NCBI GenBank assembly: GCA_000214015.2
Contig: CAID01000003.2
Span: 318,999-350,998 of the forward strand
Length of the DNA: 32,000 nucleotides
Direction of reading: 5' to 3'
DNA from: Ostreococcus tauri
Taxonomy: Eukaryota
The position numbers and the translations under genes were made by a program. Shown piece by piece: positions 1-8,935 of the stretch (its first letter is position 1; every line of letters starts with the position of its first letter). A model generated the notes under the pieces. That model ran no database searches and was not told the DNA's origin. It saw nothing but the letters and a program-made list of their open reading frames with translations.

Positions 1-1311
1 CCTACCTCGAAACTTGCCCAAGACAACACATATGCGGCCTCCCAGCTTGGGTAAAACTGTCTCCAACGCCCGCTGGTCGATTTCGATCGTCTTACCCCCT
101 CCGTCTATTTGTAAAAGACACTTTGTGGGAGTCAGAACATCCACGATGACTCCCTTCATGAGATAGAACTGCCCGCGACTGAAGCTTTTGCTAACAACGC
201 GCACGCGAACGTTTGTGTACAACCACGGTTCTGCCGCCGTCCCCGCGCTCTTACTATCGTCATTCCTGAAACGCTTCTCTCCTACGCTCGCCTTAGTTTC
301 TCTCTCGCTCATTTCTTGAAGCTCACTGCACCGAACCGTGACCACTGTACCGCTATTACTGAGCTCTATGCTGGCCTTTTCGCCCAGCATCCGCAGAATG
401 CGTCCTGATATTCCAGCGTGCTGCCCATCGGCGATGTACATCATCTTTCCTTCTCTGGGTCCAACTTCTTTTCGTTTAACAAGCTTTTCATCCAATGTCT
501 TCACGTTTCTCATGCCCGCGTCGGCCACTGCCCGCTGGTCGCGTACCATGTCTGCTTTCTTCTCTCGCGTTTCGCCCGGTTTTATGTACTTCTTCTGAGG
601 TGCGTCCTTCTCCGCGGGCTGAGCTCCTAAACCGAGCCGAGCCGCTCGAGGAATAAATTCGACAGCCTCAACCATACCTCTGTGCATTCGACCCACCGCT
701 TTGCCCTCCTCCCAGCCCATTCCGCGCAGCATCGCTTTGCCAAAGTCTTCAATCGGCATGTCCTCATATTCCTCAATCGATGCCTGCTCCGGTAAATCCT
801 CCATATCCTCCTTGAACGCTTGAAGTTCTTTCTCATGCAAACTTTTACCGATGAAGCTCTCACCCGCCTTGTCCCGATCGCTCTTCTCCGCCGCTACTGC
901 GCCGTGCTTTGGTCCCATCTTCGTCAGACCGTACGCCACTCCTTGCTGAGCCAATTCTCCTCCAGCCGCGATCGTCTCCGCGACGTGGAACCTCTTGTTA
1001 TCCCGCTCGATCTCATCTTTCGTCGGTATGAAACTCGGGATCTGCGCGCGAAAATCATCGTCGTCAGTACTCGCGTTGTCTCTCTCTCGCGACTTGCGTC
1101 CGCGCACCTTTCTTCTTCGTCCCGTCCCCACCTCGAACGTGTTCTCGATCCTCGCGATGACCTTATCTCGCACCGGCTCGTCGTCACCGCTCGTTCCTTC
1201 GATCTCGTTTCCCGCCACGCCGGTGACGTACTCCACCGCCTTCGCCTTCTCCTCGTGTTGCACCCCCACGCTTCGCGCCGGTGCCTTTTTCTTCGCCAAT
1301 GAAAACTCCAT
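1..1311 (-). CDS. GPKOW: G-patch + KOW domain protein (GPKOW / MOS2 / Spp2-like splicing factor); C-terminus runs off the left edge
   Basis: I translated the minus strand myself; the ORF is absent from the track because it has no stop inside the window. It reads continuously from the ATG at 1311 (MEFSLAKKKAPARSVGVQHEEKAKAVEYVTG...) to position 1. It carries a G-patch (EDFGKAMLRGMGWEEGKAVGR...EFIPRAARLGLGA) and two KOW-like segments (GKMMYIADGQHAGISGRIL; VRVRVVSKSFSRGQFYLMKGVIVDV...LETVLPKLGGRICVVLGKFRG). The next in-frame upstream ATG (1602) would abut the seipin start, so 1311 is preferred. Confidence 0.8.
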   Translation of the reverse strand, partial: MEFSLAKKKAPARSVGVQHEEKAKAVEYVTGVAGNEIEGTSGDDEPVRDKVIARIENTFEVGTGRRRKVRGRKSRERDNASTDDDDFRAQIPSFIPTKDEIERDNKRFHVAETIAAGGELAQQGVAYGLTKMGPKHGAVAAEKSDRDKAGESFIGKSLHEKELQAFKEDMEDLPEQASIEEYEDMPIEDFGKAMLRGMGWEEGKAVGRMHRGMVEAVEFIPRAARLGLGAQPAEKDAPQKKYIKPGETREKKADMVRDQRAVADAGMRNVKTLDEKLVKRKEVGPREGKMMYIADGQHAGISGRILRMLGEKASIELSNSGTVVTVRCSELQEMSERETKASVGEKRFRNDDSKSAGTAAEPWLYTNVRVRVVSKSFSRGQFYLMKGVIVDVLTPTKCLLQIDGGGKTIEIDQRALETVLPKLGGRICVVLGKFRGR

Positions 1312-1611
1312 CGTTCGCTTCGACGACGACGACGACGGTGGAGGCGCTTCGGCGGCGACGACGACGACGGATCGACCGACGGACCGCTCGTTCGCTCCTC
1401 CTCGATCGCGATCGATCGACGCGTCGAGAACTCCGCGTCGCCGCGTCGCGCTCGGGCGCTGGGCGCGAGCGACCTCTCGTTTTTCTCGCGATCGGCACAG
1501 GGTGGCGTCGCGCCTCGCCCGAGCGTGGATCGAGCGAAGACGCGCGCATCGCGCTCGAAGCGTCGAGGCGTCGATACGAACGATCTCGACGTCGCGCCGC
1601 ATCGTCGCGAG

Positions 1612-2619
1612 ATGGGAGCGAACGGCGAGAGCGGCGGGACGACGGTGCTCGATGACGATTTCGCCGAATTTAGCGCTCGAGTGCGTGGGGCGTGGAAGCG
1701 CTCGGCGACGTTCACGCTGAGCGCGGTGGTGACGTCGCTGGTGATGCTCATGGTGAGTACAATGGCGGTCGGGGTGACGCGATACGTGGTCGTTCCGAGA
1801 GGGCCGGCGTCGCTGACGACGGATCTAGCGTTCGATTACACGACGACGGCGCCGACGGCAAGAGCGAGCTTTGCGGCGGTAAAATTCGCGAACGTGGAGC
1901 CGGGCGAGGGGGCGAGAATTTTGAGTCCGAAACAAACCTTTGACGTCGAGGTAGAGCTCGTGGTGCCGGAGAGCGAACATAACGCGAACGTTGGTATGTT
2001 CCAGGTGAACGCAAAGCTGTTGACGTCCACCGGACAAAAGTTGCTGGAACGGTCTCGACCAGGAATGGTGACGTACACATCTAGGGAGGTCAGATGGCTC
2101 AAGATGCTCACAAGAGCACCGTTGCACGCGATGGGGATGATCGACGAGAGACAAAGCGTGCGCGTCGCCGTGATTGAAAATTACAAAGAGGACGCGGCGT
2201 CTCCGTTTACGAGTATCGAAGTGACGATGAAACCGCACGCTGGAAGTGAGAAACTGCCACAAATTTACGAAGCGCGAGCGACGATTCACTTAAGTATGAG
2301 TCGTTTCGCTAGCGCGCTATATTTTTACCCGATCGCCTCCTCGCTGATCCTCATCGGCGCGCTCTGGAGTAGTTCGAGTGCCGTCGCCTTGGTGTGCCTT
2401 CTTTTCTACGTGCTCATCAAGGGGAGTAACATGGACGAGACCAAGACCCAGCCACCAGTGACATTGAATCAAAAGTCAAAGCATGCTGGAGCGATCGCCG
2501 ATGCCATCGATTCAATGGACTCAACCCTGAGTGCTCACGCGCCAGAGCAAGTTAACGCGACTTCGATCCTCGATCATGGATTGCGGCATCGCGGCAATCC
2601 GAATGGATCGACGAGCTAG
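1612..2619 (+). CDS. Seipin (lipid-droplet biogenesis, adipose-regulatory protein family)
   Basis: Track ORF 1525-2619; position 1525 is GTG and the first ATG is at 1612 (MGANGESGG...). It has an N-terminal TM helix (FTLSAVVTSLVMLMVSTMAV), a lumenal core with the seipin-typical LVVPESEHNANVGMFQVNAKLLTSTGQKLLERSRPGMVTYTS, and a C-terminal TM helix (YFYPIASSLILIGALWSSSSAVALVCLLFYVLI). Confidence 0.8.
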   Translation: MGANGESGGTTVLDDDFAEFSARVRGAWKRSATFTLSAVVTSLVMLMVSTMAVGVTRYVVVPRGPASLTTDLAFDYTTTAPTARASFAAVKFANVEPGEGARILSPKQTFDVEVELVVPESEHNANVGMFQVNAKLLTSTGQKLLERSRPGMVTYTSREVRWLKMLTRAPLHAMGMIDERQSVRVAVIENYKEDAASPFTSIEVTMKPHAGSEKLPQIYEARATIHLSMSRFASALYFYPIASSLILIGALWSSSSAVALVCLLFYVLIKGSNMDETKTQPPVTLNQKSKHAGAIADAIDSMDSTLSAHAPEQVNATSILDHGLRHRGNPNGSTS

Positions 2620-2703
2620 GTGCTTCACTCATTATTCATGTCATTGCAACGTGTATTCTATTTTAGCCTATCTTGTCAATGTCGTCAAAATGATTTCTTC
2701 CCG

Positions 2704-3568
2704 TCACTTTTTCTCCTCGAGTTTGGCCTCTACGAACTCATCTATCAGATAAGGCCAGGCGTCGTTGGGATCATAGGACTGTAAATTTTCGCCCACTTGC
2801 GTGCTAAATTGGAGAACTTGCGACCAGGTATCGTTTGAAATCGCCTTTCCATGGCTTCTCTCGAGAAAATCACACCATTCATCGGTAAAGCACCATTTGT
2901 CGGTCATCAAAACTTTCCACAACCCGACTGCCGTCTCTAGAGCCAAAGCCTTCGCATTTGGTTCCTTTGCAAACCCGAACGTAAACTCGTACACATCCTT
3001 AAAGCTACTTGGTCTGGTCAACTCCTTCCTCAGTGCACCTATTTTCTCCTTTAATTTATCCATGGAGTCGCATTCCATCATCATCATCCCTCGATTGAAC
3101 TCTTCCTTGGTATATTTTCCCATAGTCTCCGCATCCATCTTCATCGATAAAACGAGCGTCACTGGATCCATCGGATCCACACCTAAATTTTCCAGGAATC
3201 TAATGATACCCTCTGCCTCGATTCGTTCTTCTTCCTGACTGTCTTGCACCTTGTACGAGTCGAACATGGCAGTGATACCAGTTGCGTTTGTTGTGGACTT
3301 CTTGGAGCTCCTCGAGCGCGCTGAGTAGAAGTAATACTCGAACGCGGCATCCATGTTCCACGATGCGTCCTTCAGCGCCTGTATTGCACCCACCTCATCG
3401 TTCGTGTCGGCGACGTCCATGAAACGCCGCACGGTGAGCTTCTGATTCTTGTTGAGCTTGTTCTGATTGGTTTTTCGAAAGTGTGGAAGCGTCAGTCGGA
3501 GATCTCGAGCGAGCGAGGCGCGACGCGAGCGCCCCCCGCGATGACGACGAGAACGCTGTGCGTACCAT
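2704..3568 (-). CDS. DCN1: DCN1-like (defective in cullin neddylation; UBA-like + PONY domain). Proposed structure: exon 1 = ATG only (3566-3568), intron 3463-3565, exon 2 = 2704-3462
   Basis: Track ORF 2704-3432 starts at a GTG. The frame stays open and DCN1-like further upstream (NKLNKNQKLTVRRFMDVADTNDEVGAIQALKDASWNMDAAFEYYF) but has no ATG. On the minus strand, an ATG at 3568-3566 is followed directly by GTACGC, then ACTGAC (3496-3491) and CAG (3465-3463). Splicing these gives MNKLNKNQ..., the canonical DCN1 N-terminus. The PONY-domain body (IIRFLENLGVDP...FTFGFAKE...WCDFL) is clear. Confidence 0.75.
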
Positions 3569-3807
3569 TTCCAGCGCGAGGTCGAGACAACCTAGCGCGT
3601 CGACTGCTCGGCGCGCGCGGTCGGATGACGACCTCGCCAAGGGAAGAAGGAGCTTTGCGCTTTAGAGCCCCTTGTCTTGTTGCGAATGGCTTTTGAAGCG
3701 CATGGGTCAACTAATGTGCGGCGATAAGCATACCAAGGAATCTCACATCTTTTCTACAAGGTCAATCACTAGGCCGTTAATCAGCGCTCGTTCGGGTGGT
3801 AGATCAG

Positions 3808-5163
3808 TTAGACGTGCGTCTGACCGCGCGTCGGAACACTTGTGATTATCTCCAATTTGCGCTGCAAGTACGCAGCAGCAATCAGGAAAAACGAGCACAT
3901 GGCGAACATAGACGTCAGCGGGAATAAGGCGACGTTGTACAAGATGACACAGACGAAAAGGTTAAGAGGAATTCTGAAGCAGTTCATAACTGTGCTCCTG
4001 ATCTCTTCTGGAACATATGTCGCTCGCATCTTCATCATGCTCGGCCAGAAAATACCAACCAAGCACTCGAAGACGAGGAAACCCATCATGATTAGCTTAC
4101 CTTCAAACGTGATAGATTGCCCGGAAGAGTAGTTTTGTTCGAAAGGAAACATCTTGAGAACGACTGGCAACGCCAAGGATGCCGCCGAGGCCAAGAAGAC
4201 GTACTGCATGTACTTCTCCGGACGCATGTCCTTGTCCCCGAGAAGTTGTCCCGCAAAGGACGAGCCGATCATGCACGCGACCATCATGGTTGCGAAAATC
4301 ATTCCGTGCGGGATGATCTCGTCGTTTGGACTCAAAGCGGGAGTCCAGAGGAATACAAAAGAATACATCGCTGCCTCGAAGAGCGACTGCATGGCTCCAA
4401 GGTACAGCACTTTCTTATCGTTGAAGATGGCTTTCCACGCCGCGTGGAAGCTTGCTTGAAGCGATGCGTTATCTTTCACGTCTCCTTTGTTTTCCGTCCA
4501 CGTCAGAGCGATGATAACGCCGCCGACTGCCAGGAAAGTAGCTGCGGCATCAAACGGAGCCACCGGCCCGAGTTCCATGTCTGTCACCAAATAGTTCGCC
4601 AACAGCCCGGCGATGATGGAGACCAGACCGTTGCCGATGAAAATCGCCTTGGAAAATGTTCCGCTCAACCATTCTGGGTCGTAACTTCTAGAGAAGTGCT
4701 CGGAAACGAGCCAAGACTCAAACGCGGTGAACAATAGAGACGTCGCGATGCCTCCAAAGAATCGACCGAGCATGAGAACACCGTAATCGCTCCAGTGCTT
4801 CGTGATGCACGACGCGATATAAGTCACGACGTAGGTTAAACCCGCGAGCTTTCGCCCGTACCTGTCCGCTAAACTCCCGACGATGGTGCCAAAGATCATG
4901 CTCGAGCCGAAACCGGCTATGAACAGCTTCCCGATGTCTCCCGTGCCGTATCCGTAGTGCTTATACAACGCGTACACGTACGGTCCCTGTAACCAATCCC
5001 CCGCCATCATCAGTGCGTAGACGACGAGGTAGTTATTCCTGAACGCCAAGAAATTCGCCGGAAGATTTCCCGCCGCGCCCTTTCCGCTCGGGCGCTTGCT
5101 CAGCTCGATCCCCGCGCAGCCGATCGCGAGCGCGATGAACGTGAGGACGTAGAACCCCTCCAT
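3808..5163 (-). CDS. MOT2: MFS transporter, MFSD5 / molybdate transporter 2 (MOT2) family
   Basis: Track ORF 3808-5289. I chose M43 (ATG at 5163, MEGFYVLTFIALAIGCAGIELSK) because the family N-terminus starts there. Family hallmarks: FRNNYLVVYALMMAGDWLQGPYVYALYKHYGY, GDIGKLFIAGFGSSMIFGTIVGSLADRYGRK, FLWTPALSPNDEIIPHGMIFAT, GIFWPSMMKMRATYVPEEIRST. Confidence 0.85.
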   Translation of the reverse strand: MEGFYVLTFIALAIGCAGIELSKRPSGKGAAGNLPANFLAFRNNYLVVYALMMAGDWLQGPYVYALYKHYGYGTGDIGKLFIAGFGSSMIFGTIVGSLADRYGRKLAGLTYVVTYIASCITKHWSDYGVLMLGRFFGGIATSLLFTAFESWLVSEHFSRSYDPEWLSGTFSKAIFIGNGLVSIIAGLLANYLVTDMELGPVAPFDAAATFLAVGGVIIALTWTENKGDVKDNASLQASFHAAWKAIFNDKKVLYLGAMQSLFEAAMYSFVFLWTPALSPNDEIIPHGMIFATMMVACMIGSSFAGQLLGDKDMRPEKYMQYVFLASAASLALPVVLKMFPFEQNYSSGQSITFEGKLIMMGFLVFECLVGIFWPSMMKMRATYVPEEIRSTVMNCFRIPLNLFVCVILYNVALFPLTSMFAMCSFFLIAAAYLQRKLEIITSVPTRGQTHV

Positions 5164-6069
5164 CGCGAATCCAACGCGTTTGTCGTCCCACGCGCGCGCG
5201 CTCGACGTTCGCGACCTCGACTGCGGTGCGCGCGGACGCGACGTCGCCGGAGACGACCGAAGGCGTTCGCTTCGATGTCGCCCTCGCATTTAGGCGCGCA
5301 TTCATGACCTTTCACGAATCTTTTTAATCGATCAAAGGGATTCTTTCTCTTTTCGCGTGACCCCACGCGAGATCTCCGTTTCGATCTCGAGCTTCGCGCT
5401 CGAGGGGGCGCGCGCTTTCGTGTGTCCACGTCGTCCGCGACCGCATCACAACGCGACCGCTCGCACGCACGCACGCGATGCAATCCTTGTGCTTTAACCC
5501 ACTCACCGTGAGGTAATGATCGCGCGATCGTCGAGCGAGAGAGGACGCGAACGCGAGGAATTTCGGATGCGGTTGCGGGCGGTTTTATCCATCTGCCGAC
5601 GACCTCCTCAGCGCGTGGGCGCTCGTAGGAGCGTTCACGCGCGTCAAAGAGGGCGAGAGACTGACGAGAGATTTTCGTTCGACGCAGATCTACCGCCGCG
5701 CGCGCGCAAACCCCGCGCACGCGATCGACGAGGTGCGTACAGTCGCCCGCGATAAGGTCAGAAGTATCTCGCGAGGTCTTCCGACGAGGACGACGCGGAG
5801 CGAGCTCGTAGGCGCAGCGAACGCGCGAGGAGAGCTCGGATGGCGAACGAGAGATTTCTTTAGAGATACCTATCGACGCGTCGACGCGTCGCCGTCCTCG
5901 CCGAGCGCGCGCGGGGTGGCTATTTCGAGCGACCCGATCGGGTGATGCCAAGGCTGGCTGGTCAGCTGACGCTCGTCCAGTTGTTTGTCGGGTGTGATCG
6001 TGCACGTATTGCGTGCGCCGATGTGATGTATCGCTCAATGACTGACGTAAGTGATTCTCGCTCTTCCGT

Positions 6070-6699
6070 ATGCGCAGAAGCATCGTCTGCACGGCCACCA
6101 CCGAAGGCCGAAAGGCGGCTCCGCTCAAGACGGGCGGCACTCTCGAAGGCGAGAAGGCTTTCGGCAAGGCTGCCGGCGCCGCGGCCTTGACTGGCCAAAT
6201 CTTCCAAGGCGAGACGACGAAGTGGAGCGATCCGCGCTGGGTTAATGGTAACTGGGATCTCGAACAGTTCAAGAACTCGGCGGGCGAGGTTGACTGGGAT
6301 GCCGTGATCGATGCCGAAATTGTCCACCGTAAGATGTTGGAAGACTGCCCGGCTGTGTACGATGAAGACGGTCTCTTCGACACATCTATCGTCCCGTGGC
6401 ACGTGTGGATGCGCCGATTCCATCTCCCGGAGGCGGAGAAGGCGAACGGCCGCGCTGCGATGATCGGCTATGCCTTCGCGTACCTCATCGACGCTGCTGG
6501 CGGCGCTGGCCTCGTTGACTTGCACAACTCTTTCTTGGGCAAGACCGCCATTCTCGTCACCATTCTCGGTGTCACCATGATTCGATCCCTCAAGGATCTC
6601 GATATGCTCAAGGATCTCGCGGAAGAAGCCACCTTCTACGACAAGCAATGGAACGCGTCCTGGGAAGGTGTTGAACGCCCGTCGGAGACGCAAAAGTGA
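6070..6699 (+). CDS. Light-harvesting-like (CAB/ELIP/HLIP superfamily) protein with one clear LHC helix motif
   Basis: Contains the LHC motif EAEKANGRAAMIGYAFAYLIDAAGG followed by a second hydrophobic helix (AILVTILGVTMI), and a conserved-looking N-domain (WSDPRWVNGNWDLEQF...DWDAVIDAEIVHRKMLE). The ATG at 6070 is genuine, but the presequence is short and the 5' end may be spliced (see findings). Confidence 0.7.
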   Translation: MRRSIVCTATTEGRKAAPLKTGGTLEGEKAFGKAAGAAALTGQIFQGETTKWSDPRWVNGNWDLEQFKNSAGEVDWDAVIDAEIVHRKMLEDCPAVYDEDGLFDTSIVPWHVWMRRFHLPEAEKANGRAAMIGYAFAYLIDAAGGAGLVDLHNSFLGKTAILVTILGVTMIRSLKDLDMLKDLAEEATFYDKQWNASWEGVERPSETQK

Positions 6700-7090
6700 G
6701 CGTCACAGTTTTCGTTTAAACATTAGGTACCTGTAGCTTGCTTGCCGTAATCTTCGTCGAGTCGATATTGCTCGACGGATTTTACGCTTCCTTATAAAAG
6801 ATGATTATTCATTGGTTGAATCATTCGACGCCCTACGTGCTCCCACGAACATACTTCTGAGTGACGCGAAGAGCAACGGTCCCACTGCTCTCAGAGCGTG
6901 TCGCTAGCTCGCGGTGTGATCCAGCCCGCGCGCGTCGACCGCAAGCGATGCTTCAAATGCGATTCACCCCCAAGTGATGCGCACGGAGGTCGTATACTCA
7001 CGCCAACGCGCGACGAGCGCTGGTGGAGCATCGAAGTTGCGTTCAACCAACAGACAAATAGATTCTCGGTCGTCGACGATCGCGCGAGCG

Positions 7091-8833
7091 ATGCGGTTCG
7101 ATGCGAAAAGCGTGACGATCGATGTGACGTCATTTACTCCGCGCGATGCGCTGCAGACGCTGGAGAAATATATGCACGAGGGGGCGAAGTATCATCAACT
7201 GAGAGGCATCGTGGCGAACTGGTTCGCGGAGGTTGTCCCTGAGCCGGCGACATTCGTCGTTGAGTTCGTCGAAATCGTGTTCGTCCGGCTGAGCGAGCAC
7301 GGTTACAGAGAGACAGAGGATGACGACGGAGACGCCATGGTGTGCATGTACTTGATGTTAGAGAGCTTGGGCCGTGTGCCAGGAGCGAGGGAAGGCCGCA
7401 CTCGCCGACGTTTCGCAACCAACGTCACGCGCGGGGTCGTGAAGTCGGATCGCGCTCGCGCTCGCGCTGGAAAGTTGGTTAAATTGGCGATTACAGATAT
7501 CACAGAACTTAGTATTGCGCCAGTGCGCCCAGTGGTGCGACTCATCGAGACGTTTGGCCTCGAGTTGGAAGACTTGAGTTTTGCGAGTCGTGACGAGGCA
7601 AGTGATGCAGTGACACGTTACATCAACGAGCAGATCGATCGGGGCAAGCAGCGCTCGGCCATGGCGCTCGTGTTTCACTTCAATTTGGACCAATTTGCGA
7701 CGTTTGAAACGCTTCTTGGCTTGGTACAGGCGAAGGAATATACGATCGCGCTTGAGTTCGCTTCCATGGAACCTCGCCTAACAAAACAGTGGATTGAGCT
7801 GTGTATCAATGATGGTGTAGAGAACCACAATCACGCGTCGCTACGCAACGCATATAAAGCCGTCACTACGTTTAAGTTAGAACATGAGTTTCCCGACGTG
7901 CGAACGGTATATTACAAATCAACTATTTCAAGAATGATTGGAAAAGGGAGTTTTGAAGCGGCGTTAAGACGCGCTGGTTCGGATGAAGAACTGCAACGGT
8001 GGGTCGTGGAGTCTCTCGCTGCGACGGATCAGTTTGAGTACGCCGTCGAATACGCAAATCGCTGCGGACTATATTTCAACTGTGATGCAAACGAGTTGGC
8101 CGAGATACAAGCGCGTCGTCGAGCAACTTTTTTTCAGTTGCCACGGCATCTTGATGGTGCGTGCGTCTTTGTAGACGACGAGAAAAGCTTACTTGAGGCG
8201 TCACACCGGTACCTTTGGAATCAAGGTATGATCGGAATTGACACAGAGTGGGGAGCAGACGTGGGAGAGGATGCGGATAACGCCGATCGTAGCGGGGATG
8301 AGGTCGCAATACTGCAGATAGCGTCCCAGCTCGGGGTGGTGATTTTGGACGTCCCCAAGCTTCTGTACTCTTGTCCGGACACCTTGGAGACTACCATCGG
8401 GAAGATGTTCGAAGACGAGGAGGTTTTAAAGTTAGGGTTTGCAGTTCAAGAGGACCTTCGACGGTTGTCTAAGTGTCACAAGGCGTTTAAGACCGTGCAA
8501 GGGGTCGTTGATTTACAGAAGCTATGGAAATTGCTCGTCTCGAAAGCGCGCACACGCAGCGTCTCTGCTCCTTGGTCGACCGAGGCCGAACTTTTGCGGT
8601 ATCAACCCGTGGGTCTTAGTGCTTTAGTGGCTGCCGTGCTTGGAAAACCACTGGACAAGATGATGAGGATGTCCGACTGGAGCCGTCGCCCGCTGACGCA
8701 GTCGCAAATGGAGTACGCCGCTCTCGACGCATGGACTCTCGTCGAGGTCCATCGCACGTTGCTCGAGGCTCACGGCGCACACTACTCTCCACTCCTCGAG
8801 CGAGTGCGTAAATCGTACGACTATACGCGTTAG
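7091..8833 (+). CDS. Mut-7 / EXD3-like protein with a C-terminal DEDD 3'-5' exonuclease (WRN-exo type) domain
   Basis: Track ORF 6974-8833; 6974 is GTG, and ATGs lie at 6977 and 7091 (the start is uncertain between these two). Exonuclease motifs: MIGIDTEW (ExoI), VAILQIAS, SDWSRRPLTQSQMEYAALDAWTLVEVHRTLL (ExoIII). A long helical N-terminal region precedes them, as in Mut-7. Confidence 0.75.
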   Translation: MRFDAKSVTIDVTSFTPRDALQTLEKYMHEGAKYHQLRGIVANWFAEVVPEPATFVVEFVEIVFVRLSEHGYRETEDDDGDAMVCMYLMLESLGRVPGAREGRTRRRFATNVTRGVVKSDRARARAGKLVKLAITDITELSIAPVRPVVRLIETFGLELEDLSFASRDEASDAVTRYINEQIDRGKQRSAMALVFHFNLDQFATFETLLGLVQAKEYTIALEFASMEPRLTKQWIELCINDGVENHNHASLRNAYKAVTTFKLEHEFPDVRTVYYKSTISRMIGKGSFEAALRRAGSDEELQRWVVESLAATDQFEYAVEYANRCGLYFNCDANELAEIQARRRATFFQLPRHLDGACVFVDDEKSLLEASHRYLWNQGMIGIDTEWGADVGEDADNADRSGDEVAILQIASQLGVVILDVPKLLYSCPDTLETTIGKMFEDEEVLKLGFAVQEDLRRLSKCHKAFKTVQGVVDLQKLWKLLVSKARTRSVSAPWSTEAELLRYQPVGLSALVAAVLGKPLDKMMRMSDWSRRPLTQSQMEYAALDAWTLVEVHRTLLEAHGAHYSPLLERVRKSYDYTR

Positions 8834-8935
8834 TACTTTGCATAATCGTAGCAAGATGTTATTCCGCGCTCGACCATACAATTCTGCGCCGCGACGTCGA
8901 TCCCGCTCCCACTCAGCGCCCGCACGGCGTCATCG

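Noticed and set aside
924-1751. 275-aa minus-strand ORF, plus the plus-strand ORFs at 820-1302 and 995-1720
   Set aside because: They are alternative frames or the antisense strand of the GPKOW/MOS2 CDS and of the GC-rich promoter. Only the frame I translated manually carries G-patch and KOW motifs.
6047-6077. 31-nt intron ATGACTGAC|GTAAGT...CAG just upstream of the LHC-like ATG
   Set aside because: It is too short to hold a branch site, and splicing it leads into the wrong frame (the 6051-6245 ORF frame). The ACTGAC there fits better as the branch box of a longer intron starting further upstream.
5100-6383. 427-aa minus-strand ORF spanning the MOT2/LHC-like gap
   Set aside because: It has a low-complexity R/S/A-rich translation. 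It overlaps the MOT2 5' end and runs antisense to the clearly homologous LHC-like CDS. This is a typical GC-rich phantom ORF.
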